From Oculatellaceae cyanobacterium bins.114 (lineage in GTDB: Bacteria > Cyanobacteriota > Cyanobacteriia > Elainellales > Elainellaceae): a DNA stretch of 43,523 nt. Location: contig JANRJA010000113.1 of assembly GCA_033764315.1 (NCBI GenBank), positions 1-43,523 of the forward strand, given 5' to 3'. Positions 32,208 through 42,787 of this stretch are shown piece after piece. The notes below the pieces were generated by a model. It searched no databases and was not told the origin of the DNA. It was given only the letters and a program-made list of their open reading frames with translations. Position 1 is the stretch's first letter; each line of letters opens with the position of its first letter. A program made the translations under genes and the position numbers.

Positions 32208-33785
32208 ATGTCTAGAACAACACTGATTGATTTATTCCGTCACGCTTTTAAACTGACTCAAATTGCACATCGTTCTAATCGTCCAATTGCTGACATTGAA
32301 CCTCTCTTAAAACAAGCAGTCTCTCGGCGGCGAGTGCTACAAACAGGGATTGCCTTCGCAGGATTAATGGGGATGCGTCCCGGCTTGGGAGTGCCGATCG
32401 CTACCCTCAACCCTGATTCTAAAGTGCTGGTAGTCGGTGCCGGAATCGCAGGACTCACCGCTGCCTATCGCTTGCATCAGGCAGGAGTGCCTGTCGATGT
32501 GGTTGAAGCCGCTAACACGGTCGGAGGTCGGTTACGCAGCTTTAAGGTTGATCCCAATGCCAATAGTATTGTGGAATTAGGGGGTGAATTTATCGACACC
32601 CGCCATACAGCAGTGCGATCGCTTGCCTCTGAGTTAGGGCTGACGTTAGCCGACCTCAAAGCCGCCGATGTGGGGCTAGAGCCAGAGATTCTCTATTTCC
32701 AAGGCAACCGCATTAGTCGCGATCGCATTATTGAAGAATTTGCGCCTCTAGCTCAACGCATCGTCCAAGATTTAACAACTCTTGGGAGCCGTGACGTTAC
32801 TTACCAATCTCCCAGTCCTCACGCGATTCAGCTTGATCGCCTATCTTTGACTGAATATTTAGATACCGTTGACATCAGCCCAGTCATTAACCAACTGGTA
32901 AAGGTGGCTTATGTCACCGAATATGGGCGTGATGCCGATTCCCAATCCTGCTTAAACATGCTGTTTTTAATTGGCACAGAGCTGGGCAAGTGGGATACCT
33001 ATGGGGTCAGTGATGAACGCTGGCATGTGGTGGGTGGCAACGACCAAATTCCGCACACCCTGGCCCAGAAATTGAATGGGTCGATCGAAACAGGATTGGC
33101 GTTAGAATCAATTCGCACAGCCCCCGATGGCCGCTATCGTGTTAGCTTGCGTCAAGGAAACAGCAGCGTCGAACGCACCTATGAACGAATCTTGTTGACC
33201 CTTCCCTTTAGTGTATTGCGGTTCGTAGACCTGGCGGTGGATCTGCCTCCGGTCAAACGACAGGCGATCGCCGAATTAGGCTATGGCACCAGCAGCAAAC
33301 TCGTGACCCCCTACCGCGAACGAATCTGGCGCACCCGCTATAGCTCCACGATCAGCGTCTACACCGATCTCGACTTCCAAAACACCTGGGAGAGTGCCCG
33401 TTATACAGAGGGAGTGGGGGGATGGCTGACAGATTTGCGGGGTGGCACTGAAGGGATCAAACTCAGTAGTGGTGAACCTGAACAACATGCTCAAGCCTTG
33501 GCGACTAACCTGGAAGCGTTATTCCCTGGCATTACTCAGGTGCAACGAGGGCGATCGCTCCGAGCGGTGTGGTCTGCTGAACCTTATGCATTTGGGTCTT
33601 ACTCCTGCTATTTGCCGGGTCAATGGACAGCCCTGGCAGGGTCTGAAGGAGAACGGGTTGGCAATATCTGGTTTGCTGGAGAACACTGCTCCCTTGGCTC
33701 TCAGGGCTATATGAATGGTGCATGCGAAACGGCTGAAACTGCTGCTGCCAGCATTTTGCAGGACATGAATGTGAAAGTAGCGTGA
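32208..33785 (+). CDS. Flavin monoamine oxidase family protein with Tat-like motif
   Basis: VLVVGAGIAGLTAA, GGR, ELGGEFID, GSYS and FAGEHCS...QGYMNGA motifs; SRRRVLQ followed by a hydrophobic stretch. Confidence 0.9.
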   Translation: MSRTTLIDLFRHAFKLTQIAHRSNRPIADIEPLLKQAVSRRRVLQTGIAFAGLMGMRPGLGVPIATLNPDSKVLVVGAGIAGLTAAYRLHQAGVPVDVVEAANTVGGRLRSFKVDPNANSIVELGGEFIDTRHTAVRSLASELGLTLADLKAADVGLEPEILYFQGNRISRDRIIEEFAPLAQRIVQDLTTLGSRDVTYQSPSPHAIQLDRLSLTEYLDTVDISPVINQLVKVAYVTEYGRDADSQSCLNMLFLIGTELGKWDTYGVSDERWHVVGGNDQIPHTLAQKLNGSIETGLALESIRTAPDGRYRVSLRQGNSSVERTYERILLTLPFSVLRFVDLAVDLPPVKRQAIAELGYGTSSKLVTPYRERIWRTRYSSTISVYTDLDFQNTWESARYTEGVGGWLTDLRGGTEGIKLSSGEPEQHAQALATNLEALFPGITQVQRGRSLRAVWSAEPYAFGSYSCYLPGQWTALAGSEGERVGNIWFAGEHCSLGSQGYMNGACETAETAAASILQDMNVKVA

Positions 33786-33796
33786 GGGGGTGAGGG

Positions 33797-33848
33797 TGAG
33801 TTGAATTTTGAAAGTTGAGTTTTGAGTTTTGAGTGTTGAGTTGAGTTG
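33797..33848. repeat. STRR-like heptamer tandem repeat (TGAGTTT)
   Basis: TGAATTT TGAAAGT TGAGTTT TGAGTTT TGAGTGT TGAG. Confidence 0.75.
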
Positions 33849-34088
33849 TTTAAGGTAGATCTCCAATCTGATACCAATTTATTTGTATTTACAACTTCTG
33901 CCAGTACTGCTTGGCTCAACACTTTCTCACCCACCCTCCTCCTTGATTAAACTTTCATAACGGAAAACGGCATCCCCTCTCCAACCTCTGGTAAGTTGAG
34001 CGACAAGCTAAATACGGGAGCTATTCAAGCTTGGCTGAATCTAGTTCTCGATCGCCCATGCTGTAGCATCCACTTTTAACGGGCATCT

Positions 34089-35453
34089 ATGGAGAGCAAC
34101 CTCTCTCAAATTCTGCAATCTCAAGGCACTCGGTTTGTTCGCATTCTCTGGTGTGACAACGCCAATGTGATTCGGGGCAAGGCATTTCACGTCGGGTTTC
34201 TTAGTGAACATCAAGATCACGGCATTGGCATCTCAATGGCGCAACAAGCTATTCCCGTGATGTATGATGCGGTCGCGGCTGAGAGTGGGTTGGGTCCTGT
34301 GGGCGAAGTCTGGCTCACTCCCGACTGGTCTACGCTCACTGCGTTGCCCTATGCCGTGGGTCATGCGCGAGTCATGGGAGATATTGTGCATCAGGGGCAA
34401 CCGTGGGCATTGTGTCCGCGATCGTTCCTCAAGCGCATGATCGCCCAAGCCGCAGAGATGGGTTTGCAGATCAAGGCAGCCTTTGAGCACGAGTTTTATC
34501 TGTTGCGATCGCCCCACAGGGAAAACGGCCTCGCATTGCCCACGCACCCTGATGCAATCACCCCGGTTGATCAAACTGTCTTTGCCTCCACATTAGGCAT
34601 GGACTTAAACCAGCCCGTCATTGATGATATTGCAGAAGCTCTGTTGTCTCAGGGCATTCCTGTCGAACGCTATTACCCAGAATCGGGACCCGGACAACAT
34701 GAGCTTTCCATTCGCTATACCCATGCCCTGCAAGCCGCAGATTGGCAAATCGCCTTTCGAGAAACGGTGCGAGGAGTGGCGTTGCGGCATGGCCTAAGAG
34801 CCTCTTTTTTGCCCAAAATCTTTGCGAACCACGCTGGTAGTGGGTGTCATTTGCATCTCAGCCTGTGGCAAAACGGACAAAACATTTCCTCCGATCCCCA
34901 CAGCCCTAGTGGACTCTCGCAACCTGCGATCGCCTTTATTGCTGGAATTCTAGAGCACTTACCCGCTTTAATGGCAATCACCACCCCCAGCGTCAACTCC
35001 TATCGCCGCCTGCAACCCCATTGTTGGAGCGGTGCCTTTCGCTGTTGGGGGCTAGATAACCGCGAAGCCGCCGTTCGTGTTCCCAGCAACCCGGTCGGTG
35101 CCCCCACTCACATTGAACTCAAGACCGTGGATGCGTCAGCAAATCCCTATCTGGCGTTAGGAGGGGCGATCGCCGCTGGCTTAGATGGGATTCGTCGGGG
35201 GTTAGAGCCAGGGCAACCTGTGACTGTTGATCCGGGTTACATTCCCGAAGATGAACGATTAAGCCAGGGAATCAGCCGCTTGCCAACAAACTTGGGAGAG
35301 GCGATCGCCCACCTGAGTCAAAACGAAATGCTGTTAAATGCTTTGGGAACAAAATTAGCCCAAGCCTTCCTTGCTGTGCGTCGAGCTGAGTGGCAAGCCC
35401 TCAAGGAAATGGAACTGGAGGATGAAGTCAGGTTGTTGTTAGAGCGATATTGA
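34089..35453 (+). CDS. Glutamine-synthetase-like gamma-glutamyl ligase (FluG/NodGS C-domain type)
   Basis: FEHEFYL, ESGPGQHE, GSGCHLHLS, NSYRRL, NREAAVR and HIELKTVDASANPYL motifs; lacks the GlnA FDGSS motif. Confidence 0.9.
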   Translation: MESNLSQILQSQGTRFVRILWCDNANVIRGKAFHVGFLSEHQDHGIGISMAQQAIPVMYDAVAAESGLGPVGEVWLTPDWSTLTALPYAVGHARVMGDIVHQGQPWALCPRSFLKRMIAQAAEMGLQIKAAFEHEFYLLRSPHRENGLALPTHPDAITPVDQTVFASTLGMDLNQPVIDDIAEALLSQGIPVERYYPESGPGQHELSIRYTHALQAADWQIAFRETVRGVALRHGLRASFLPKIFANHAGSGCHLHLSLWQNGQNISSDPHSPSGLSQPAIAFIAGILEHLPALMAITTPSVNSYRRLQPHCWSGAFRCWGLDNREAAVRVPSNPVGAPTHIELKTVDASANPYLALGGAIAAGLDGIRRGLEPGQPVTVDPGYIPEDERLSQGISRLPTNLGEAIAHLSQNEMLLNALGTKLAQAFLAVRRAEWQALKEMELEDEVRLLLERY

Positions 35454-35491
35454 GGGATGAAGAAACGCAATTAATCGTGTCTCTTCATCCC
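35454..35491 (+). other. Intercistronic hairpin without U tract
   Basis: GGGATGAAGA...TCTTCATCCC stem starting immediately after the GS-like stop codon. Confidence 0.55.
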
Positions 35492-35518
35492 CCTACCCTC
35501 CACTTAGAAATAAACCCT

Positions 35519-36658
35519 ATGGACTTATCTCACATCAGCGCAATCGATCAACATGCCCACAATCTGGTACGACCAGAAGTGATGGCGAATACGCCTTACA
35601 CCGCTGCTTTCACCGAGGGATATGCCCCTGGAATTGTGAATCATCATGCCAGAAATACGCTGTGTTATCGTCGCAGCCTGCGAGACATTGCGGCGTTGCT
35701 GAACTGTGACCCCACTGAAGCGGCAATTTTGGAACGACGCACTGAGTTAGGTTTAGAGGAACTCACTCGCCTGTGTTTTGGTGCGGCCAATCTAAAATCC
35801 ATTGTGGTGGATGATGGCTTTCTGCCCGACACAATTTTGCCAGTCGAGTGGCATCAACCCTTTGTGACGACCCATCGCCTGCTGCGGTTGGAGTGGTTAG
35901 CCGAGCAGATGATTCCCCAGGTGAATCGGTTTGAGATCTTTTTGGAATGGTTTCGCAGTGAGCTAGACCCACCCCCCAAAGGAGTGATCGGCTTCAAAAG
36001 CGTCGCCGCCTACCGCACCGGATTAGACATTCAAACCATTCCCTATGACATTGCCGCCGACTCGTTTTATGCCATTCAGCAAGCGTTTCCAGGACAACGA
36101 ATTCGGTTGGCAGACAAACCACTGATTGACTTTTTGCTGCACGAGGCACTGGCGATCGCCGCTCAATATCAACTGCCCGTTCAATTTCACACAGGCTTTG
36201 GCGACCCCGATCTGGATTTGCGTCTGGCAAACCCGCTACATCTGCGTCCGCTGCTAGAAAACTCTCGCTATCAAACTGCGCCGATCGTGCTCCTGCATGC
36301 TGCGTATCCCTTTACCCGTGAAGCCGGATATCTGACAGCCGTTTATCCCCAGGTCTATCTCGACTGTGGTTTGGCAGTGCCGTTTTTAAGTGTGGCAGGC
36401 ATGCGACAGGCGATCGCCATGATGCTCGAACTCAGCCCCACCAGCAAATTGATGTATTCCTCCGATGCTCACCTGATCCCAGAACTCTACTACTTAGGTG
36501 CAAAGTGGGGACGTGAGGCACTGGCACAGGTTTTAGAGCAAACCATTCACGATGGAGACTTGACCCCCTCAGAAGTGGAAGAGGTCGCCACTGCGATCTT
36601 GGCTGGCAATGCTGAGACCCTCTACCGACTGAGTAGTGGTGGAACGGCTACTGTTTAG
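35519..36658 (+). CDS. Amidohydrolase (FluG/nodulin-6 N-domain type)
   Basis: IDQHAH, FKSVAAYRTGL, QFHTGFGD, LLHAAYPF, YSSDAH and GNAETLY motifs. Start taken at ATG 35519. Confidence 0.88.
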   Translation: MDLSHISAIDQHAHNLVRPEVMANTPYTAAFTEGYAPGIVNHHARNTLCYRRSLRDIAALLNCDPTEAAILERRTELGLEELTRLCFGAANLKSIVVDDGFLPDTILPVEWHQPFVTTHRLLRLEWLAEQMIPQVNRFEIFLEWFRSELDPPPKGVIGFKSVAAYRTGLDIQTIPYDIAADSFYAIQQAFPGQRIRLADKPLIDFLLHEALAIAAQYQLPVQFHTGFGDPDLDLRLANPLHLRPLLENSRYQTAPIVLLHAAYPFTREAGYLTAVYPQVYLDCGLAVPFLSVAGMRQAIAMMLELSPTSKLMYSSDAHLIPELYYLGAKWGREALAQVLEQTIHDGDLTPSEVEEVATAILAGNAETLYRLSSGGTATV

Positions 36659-36760
36659 GAAGGATGAATTCTCAAACACGGTGATTAGGCTTAATGTAGC
36701 GGTCAGGGCGATCGCTGTCAAAATCGTGTCAACCCTTAAGTCCAAATTTAGCTTCATCAT
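36569..36760 (-). CDS. Possible small membrane/exported protein (63 aa)
   Basis: GGAG RBS before ATG-ATG and a hydrophobic segment ILTAIALTATLSLITVF, but a 90-nt tail-to-tail overlap with the amidohydrolase. Confidence 0.35.
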   Translation of the reverse strand: MMKLNLDLRVDTILTAIALTATLSLITVFENSSFLNSSRSTTTQSVEGLSIASQDRSGDLFHF

Positions 36761-36992
36761 TTTCTTCTCCACCAGTCCAGCGAGTACAACAATCTCAGTC
36801 AAAGCAGAATCAATCTCACCAGAGGATAACTACATCCTACTCAGATTGACTGCAGTAAATTCACTGTTGTTCTACCTTTCATAGAATCATCACTTCTCCG
36901 TTAGATTTCGTAAAAGCTTCATCAAAAGCAGTTATGGCTCATGGTGAGGCGTTGGCAATGCTGAACAGTAGCTCTTATGCTTGATCTTCAAG

Positions 36993-37041
36993 GAGGCAGA
37001 GCCTCTAAACTGGCATTCCCAGTCAGAGCCTGAGGAACGAG
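36993..37041. repeat. GAGGCAGAGCCTC...CATTCCCAG.CAGAGCCTG.GAACGAG-type dispersed repeat remnant
   Basis: Two CAGAGCCT mini-hairpin units resembling a cyanobacterial repeat known to me from memory; single copy in this window. Confidence 0.5.
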
Positions 37042-37152
37042 GTATCAATCCCCCATTCCCCACCTCGCAATCACACAAGATATTTCGCAGAATGGAAGTA
37101 GGTTGATAATCTAGAAGAACTTCATTTAACGTCATCTGCTCCGTTTGCACCT

Positions 37153-40100
37153 ATGACTCACCCTTTTTTGGCTCGTCTCCATAGTCCCGATCGCCCCGTT
37201 ATTGTGTTTGATGGTGCGACGGGCACCTCTCTGCAAACCCAAAACCTGACGGCTGACGATTTTGGGGGAGCTGAGTATGAAGGCTGCAATGAATATCTGG
37301 TTGTCACAAAACCGGAGGCCGTTGAGAAAGTGCATCGTGGCTTCCTGGAAGTAGGGGCAGACGTGATCGAAACCGACACGTTTGGTGCTGCATCGATCGT
37401 TCTGGCAGAGTATGACCTGGCAGACCAGGCCCATACCCTGAATAAATTGGCAGCAGAAATTGCCAAACGGTGTGCGGCTGAATATTCCACCCCCGATAAG
37501 CCGCGCTTTGTGGCAGGTTCGATGGGTCCTACCACGAAACTCCCCACCTTAGGGCACATCGACTACGACACGATGAAGGCATCCTTTGCAGAGCAAGCAG
37601 AGGGGCTATATGACGGGGGGGTTGATCTGTTCATTGTGGAAACCTGTCAGGACGTGCTGCAAATTAAAGCGGCTCTCGACGCGATCGACGAAGTTTTTGT
37701 GAAAAAAGGCGATCGCCGCCCATTAATGGTGTCGGTGACAATGGAGATTCAAGGAACCATGCTGGTTGGGTCTGATGTGTCTGCCATGTTGGCCATCTTG
37801 GAACCCTATCCCATCGATATCTTGGGGTTAAACTGCGCCACAGGGCCCGATCGCATGGCAGACCACATTCGCTATCTGTCACAGCACTCGCCCTTTGTCA
37901 TTTCTTGCATTCCCAATGCAGGCATCCCCGAAAATGTGGGAGGACACGCCCACTACAAGCTGACCCCGCTCGAACTCAAAATGGCGTTGATGCATTTTGT
38001 CGAAGATCTGGGCGTACAGGTGATTGGGGGTTGCTGTGGTACTCGTCCTGACCACATTCAAGCGTTGACGGAGATTACCACCACCCTCAAGCCCAAAGAG
38101 CGTCCGGTACGCGGCAGAGATGCGGTTGAGAATGGCAATGGCAAGGCACGGGAACCGTTTAACTATGTGCCTTCAGCCGCCTCGATCTATTCTGCCCAAC
38201 CCTACGACCAAGACAATTCCTTCTTGATCATTGGTGAACGGTTGAATGCCAGTGGTTCTAAAAAATGCCGCGATTTGCTCAACGCAGAAGATTGGGATGG
38301 GTTAGTGGCTCTGGCGCGATCGCAGGTCAAAGAAGGTGCACACGTTTTAGATGTCAACGTCGATTATGTGGGGCGCGATGGTGTGCGGGATATGCGCGAG
38401 TTGGTGTCTCGCCTCGTCACGAATGTGACGCTGCCACTGATGCTTGACTCGACCGAGTGGCAAAAGATGGAGGCAGGGCTAAAAGTAGCCGGGGGTAAGT
38501 GCCTGCTCAACTCCACTAACTATGAAGATGGCGACGAGCGGTTCTTTAAGGTGCTAGAACTGGCAAAACGCTATGGAGCCGGAATTGTCGTCGGTACCAT
38601 TGACGAAGACGGCATGGCACGCACTGCTGAACGAAAATTTGCGATCGCCCAACGCGCCTATCGGGATGCGCTGGAATATGGCATTCCCCCTTACGAAATC
38701 TTCTACGATCCGCTGGCGTTGCCCATCTCCACTGGAATTGAGGAAGATCGTGCCAACGGCAAAGCTACGATTGAGTCGATTCGGATGATCCGGCAAAACC
38801 TGCCTGGAGTCCACATTCTATTGGGTGTTTCTAACGTCTCCTTTGGACTCAACCCAGCGGCGCGAATTGTCCTCAACTCAATGTTTTTACATCTGGCAAT
38901 GGAAGCAGGAATGGATGGGGCGATCGTGAGTGCTGCCAAAATTCTTCCTTTGGCAAAAATTGACCCTGACCATCAGGAAATCTGTCGAAAACTGATCTTT
39001 GACGAACGCCAATTTGAAGGCGATATTTGCGTCTATGACCCATTAGCGCAGTTGACTACGCTGTTTGAAGGCAAATCGAGTAAGGATGCTGCCAATCGGG
39101 TGGCTACGGAAGATCTGCCTATTGAGGAACGTCTGAAACGCCACATCATTGACGGTGAACGGATTGGTTTAGACGATGCTCTGGCGATCGCTCTGGAAAC
39201 CTATGCCCCATTGCATATCATCAACACCTTTTTGCTCGACGGCATGAAGGTAGTGGGCGAACTGTTTGGGTCTGGGCAAATGCAACTTCCCTTTGTGTTG
39301 CAGTCAGCGGAGACGATGAAGGCAGCGGTTGCTTACCTGGAACCCTTTATGGAAAAAGAGGAATCGGGTAACAACGCCAAGGGGACCTTTATCATTGCCA
39401 CCGTCAAGGGCGATGTACACGATATTGGCAAAAACCTGGTCGATATTATCCTCACGAACAACGGCTATCGCGTTATCAACCTGGGCATCAAACAACCTGT
39501 TGATAACATCATTGATGCCTATATGGAGCACAAGGCAGACTGCATCGCCATGAGTGGTTTGCTGGTGAAATCCACTGCCTTTATGAAGGAGAACCTGGCA
39601 ACCTTTAACGAGCGAGGGATTAGCGTTCCTGTGATTTTGGGGGGCGCTGCTTTAACCCCCAAGTTTGTGTATGAAGACTGCCAGAACACTTACAAGGGCA
39701 GAGTGATTTATGGCAAAGATGCCTTCTCAGATCTGCACTTTATGGATAAACTGATGCCCGCTAAAGCCGCAGGCAATTGGGATGATTTGCAGGGCTTTTT
39801 AGATGAAGAAGAGAAGGATAAAGGATTAGGGATAAAGGATGAAAGCCAACCCATAGAACCGCAGCCTAAATCTGAGCTTTCATCGGTTAGCTCTCAGTCG
39901 TCAGAAGATACGCGCAGATCAGAGGCGATCGCCCTCGATATCGATCGTCCTCAGCCTCCTTTCTGGGGCACGAAGGTGTTGCAACCCGCTGACATCCCAG
40001 TCGAAGAGGTCTTTGCCTATCTTGACTTGCAAGCGTTGATCGCCGGACAGTGGCAGTTCCGTAAGCCCAAAGAGCAATCGCGGGAAGAGTACGATGCTTT

Positions 40101-40779
40101 CCTGGCAGAAAAGGTCTACCCCATTCTGGAGCAGTGGAAACAGCGAGTTGTTAGCGAAAATCTGTTACATCCGCAGGTGGTGTATGGCTACTTCCCCTGT
40201 TTGTCAGAGGGAAATTCACTCTATCTGTACAGTCCGGCGATCGCCACTGATGAGCATGATGGGCACTTGGATGCGGCGATTGCCACCTTCCACTTCCCCC
40301 GACAACGGTCTATGCGTCGTTACTGCATTTCTGACTTCTTCAAGCCCAAAGACTCAACTCACAACTCGTTTGATGTCTTCCCGATGCAAGCCGTCACTGT
40401 AGGAGAGATCGCCACCGAGTTTGCCAAGACGCTGTTTGAGAGCAATCAATACACCGACTACCTCTACTTTCACGGGTTAGCCGTGCAGATGGCAGAGGCA
40501 CTCGCTGAGTGGACTCACACCCGCATTCGACGCGAGTTGGGCTTTGGTGACAAAGACCCGGCTGACTTGCGCGACATTTTGGCGCAACGCTATCAAGGCT
40601 CTCGCTATAGTTTTGGCTATCCGGCGTGTCCTAACATTCAAGACCAATACACCCTGTTGGAACTGTTGGAGGCAAAACAGATAGGCTTGCACATGGATGA
40701 GAGTGAACAACTCTATCCGGAGCAATCCACTACAGCGATCGTGGCTTACCACCCAGCGGCGAAGTACTTTAGTGCTTAA
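37153..40779 (+). CDS. metH: Cobalamin-dependent methionine synthase
   Basis: [47 protein letters not shown] and SGLLVKS motifs, plus activation domain [10 protein letters not shown]. Confidence 0.98.
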   Translation: MTHPFLARLHSPDRPVIVFDGATGTSLQTQNLTADDFGGAEYEGCNEYLVVTKPEAVEKVHRGFLEVGADVIETDTFGAASIVLAEYDLADQAHTLNKLAAEIAKRCAAEYSTPDKPRFVAGSMGPTTKLPTLGHIDYDTMKASFAEQAEGLYDGGVDLFIVETCQDVLQIKAALDAIDEVFVKKGDRRPLMVSVTMEIQGTMLVGSDVSAMLAILEPYPIDILGLNCATGPDRMADHIRYLSQHSPFVISCIPNAGIPENVGGHAHYKLTPLELKMALMHFVEDLGVQVIGGCCGTRPDHIQALTEITTTLKPKERPVRGRDAVENGNGKAREPFNYVPSAASIYSAQPYDQDNSFLIIGERLNASGSKKCRDLLNAEDWDGLVALARSQVKEGAHVLDVNVDYVGRDGVRDMRELVSRLVTNVTLPLMLDSTEWQKMEAGLKVAGGKCLLNSTNYEDGDERFFKVLELAKRYGAGIVVGTIDEDGMARTAERKFAIAQRAYRDALEYGIPPYEIFYDPLALPISTGIEEDRANGKATIESIRMIRQNLPGVHILLGVSNVSFGLNPAARIVLNSMFLHLAMEAGMDGAIVSAAKILPLAKIDPDHQEICRKLIFDERQFEGDICVYDPLAQLTTLFEGKSSKDAANRVATEDLPIEERLKRHIIDGERIGLDDALAIALETYAPLHIINTFLLDGMKVVGELFGSGQMQLPFVLQSAETMKAAVAYLEPFMEKEESGNNAKGTFIIATVKGDVHDIGKNLVDIILTNNGYRVINLGIKQPVDNIIDAYMEHKADCIAMSGLLVKSTAFMKENLATFNERGISVPVILGGAALTPKFVYEDCQNTYKGRVIYGKDAFSDLHFMDKLMPAKAAGNWDDLQGFLDEEEKDKGLGIKDESQPIEPQPKSELSSVSSQSSEDTRRSEAIALDIDRPQPPFWGTKVLQPADIPVEEVFAYLDLQALIAGQWQFRKPKEQSREEYDAFLAEKVYPILEQWKQRVVSENLLHPQVVYGYFPCLSEGNSLYLYSPAIATDEHDGHLDAAIATFHFPRQRSMRRYCISDFFKPKDSTHNSFDVFPMQAVTVGEIATEFAKTLFESNQYTDYLYFHGLAVQMAEALAEWTHTRIRRELGFGDKDPADLRDILAQRYQGSRYSFGYPACPNIQDQYTLLELLEAKQIGLHMDESEQLYPEQSTTAIVAYHPAAKYFSA

Positions 40780-41102
40780 CGGATTGGCTAGAGGGATGAG
40801 AGAACCTGCACAGGCATGTATGACAGGTGCATATAAGAGAGTGCCAAAATCAGTTTTTGGCTTCTCTCCATCTGCATTTGAGGATGACTAAGCCATTGGT
40901 CACGGTGCTCAGGACAGGGTGTAGAGGTTGAATCTTTGCGCTCCACCTTGCTTGAGAGAGATTAAGGAACTACAAGTGCAGAGCCAAAGTTGCGCCAAAA
41001 TCAATTCGAAATCATAAATTCAGAGTAACTGTAATGTTGTAATTGTTGCAGTTGTAAACAATATGGGAACTCTATAGGATATAAACGAGATGGAGTTTTT
41101 GC

Positions 41103-41486
41103 ATGAAACGATTACTGTTAGCTATCAGTCTCACCAGCTTCATTCTTCCTAGTAATGCAATTGCTCAGGAAGCTTGTGGAAATAGCTACATGATCCTACC
41201 TGATGGCAGTTGCATGAATATGTCCTACTTGACCCTGTTAGGACAAGCCAGACAAGGCAGAACAGAAGCTAACGAGGCATTCCGACAGCAATTTGAGGCC
41301 AATGTATCGTTAGAATTAAATCCGTTTTACATTGAAACCAGGGAAGAACGAGACGCTCGATACCAATCATTGGCCGAGACTTCGCTTGTACGAGATGAAG
41401 TGAACGCGACAGCGAATGACATTGAAGGTATCCTCTTTCCTGTTCATACTGAAAGAATGTACAGAGTTAGAGAAGCATATCGTTGA
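41103..41486 (+). CDS. Hypothetical secreted protein
   Basis: GGAG RBS, Sec signal MKRLLLAISLTSFILPSNAIA, and C-x-x-x-YMILPDGSCMNMSYL N-terminal motif. Confidence 0.8.
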   Translation: MKRLLLAISLTSFILPSNAIAQEACGNSYMILPDGSCMNMSYLTLLGQARQGRTEANEAFRQQFEANVSLELNPFYIETREERDARYQSLAETSLVRDEVNATANDIEGILFPVHTERMYRVREAYR

Positions 41487-41608
41487 AAAACTTCTACTGG
41501 TGTCATGTACTCAGATGTAGCAGTATTAGATAACGGCTAAAACAAAAATCATCTGTTGTTCTTTATAGTCCGGCAGTCATTGATGTCCTAACCTATCTAT
41601 CAGTTGCT

Positions 41609-41707
41609 ATACGATTTAATGTTTGAAGGTGGCAGATAACGGGGTAGGGGTGTTTCACGAAATGCCCTCACGGAATTGTGTGCAGCGAAGCCAATTTAAA
41701 TAGGTGT
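41609..41707. repeat. Family B ~100-bp repeat with REP-like core (inverted copy)
   Basis: Homologous to 20327-20425; preceded by a short family-C-like remnant TATAG...GTCCTAACC...GCTATA (41564-41611). Confidence 0.75.
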
Positions 41708-41756
41708 GAGTCTTAACCGAGCAGTGTCATTTCCGCATCGGCGGAAATTATGAATT

Positions 41757-42317
41757 TTATACAACTGACTCAGTCGGTTGATCCACATCTCCGACCCATG
41801 CTGTTTGGGTCAAATCCTCAAAGCTGACCTGTCGCTGTTGTTGATCGAGGACTTCGATCCGTTTTGTCTCGGCGTTGATTTGAGTCTGATAGCTTTGGCT
41901 CAATTCAGGGGCGGTGATGCAATCTGTTTGTTTTCACCGCTCAATGAAGTAGCGACGCCGCTTTTCACACATCCCCCGCTACATGCTGGCGATCGCCGCT
42001 CGAATCACTAACGGTGCTCGGACAATATCCCGCTTTGTTTTTTCATTCAGTTGAGACAACGCCTGAATCTTTGGGTAATAGTCAGTGGTTTTGGTTCACC
42101 GATCTTGTAATTGCTGGATCAGGAGATTAGTATCGGGTCTAGAGTCAGGGATCGGTTGAGAAGAATTGCCCTCCTCTAGCTCTAAAATCTGCTGCCACAG
42201 AAACCGATGGTGCGAGATGCTGAAATCAAGATCCCGTTCTTCGAGAGCCTCAACAATGCTGGGACGATGATCTGGCAGATGTAGATAGAGCCGCTCCGCT
42301 AACAAAGAGCGATCGCC
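41757..42317 (-). pseudogene. dnaG: Decayed 3' fragment of DNA primase gene
   Basis: One frame reads GDRSLLAERLYLHLP...LEERDLDFSISHHRFLWQQIL...LQDR*...LNEKTKRDIVRAPLVIRAAIASM*RGMCEKRRRYFIER*KQTD...RIEVLDQQQRQVSFEDL, matching the cyanobacterial DnaG C-terminal region as I recall it. Stops at 42096-98, 41979-81 and 41934-36; no ZBD or TOPRIM part. Confidence 0.78.
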
Positions 42318-42436
42318 CGCACTTTGCCACCGTTGCGATCGCCCAAGCGGCTGAAGTAAAGTGCCAGAGAGTTGTTAGGTTGACGCAGGAAAACTAACCT
42401 ATGGGCGATCGCACTGGGGCAGATCTCAGTTACCCT

Positions 42437-42787
42437 TCACTTGAAGGGGATATACTCAACTGTATTCATCCATTCATCGGGTTCTGAAGCTTTAGCAATC
42501 AGTTCTAAATCTCTGACAAATTGACCAATTGTGCCTCCAAGTTGATGACCAAAAATTAGCCCAGCAAACTGTTTTTCTTCTAATTGCCAAGTTTCAGCTA
42601 AAACACGAAATCGAATGTCTTAGGTAAAAAGAACTCGATTCAGTTGAGTCACCCTTAACAAAAGCTGATCGTCAGGGAGTTCTTGGGCTTCATCATCAAA
42701 CGCTGTCAATACGTCTACACCTCGACGACGTAACTGATCAGTAATAGCTTGGGGAATGTGGACATCCATATACAAAGCAATAGCCAC
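42437..42787 (-). pseudogene. DUF5615 PIN-like toxin with one premature stop
   Basis: GTG start; LYMDVHIP...GVDV...LPDDQLL...RVLFT*DIRF...FAGLIF...EWMNTVEYIPFK. TAA at codon 56 (42620-42622) falls inside the conserved T-x-D motif. Absent from the ORF track. Confidence 0.85.

Noticed and set aside
34089..35453. Housekeeping glnA
   Set aside because: Lacks the FDGSS and other GSI-specific segments; context and motifs fit a GS-like gamma-glutamyl ligase.
35450..35518. Programmed frameshift fusing the GS-like gene and the amidohydrolase
   Set aside because: The open upstream frame overlaps the stop, but there is no slippery sequence and a normal ATG at 35519 precedes the first conserved motif.
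36880..37152. Cobalamin or SAM riboswitch upstream of metH
   Set aside because: No B12-box or S-box consensus recognised; the structured part is a dispersed repeat remnant.
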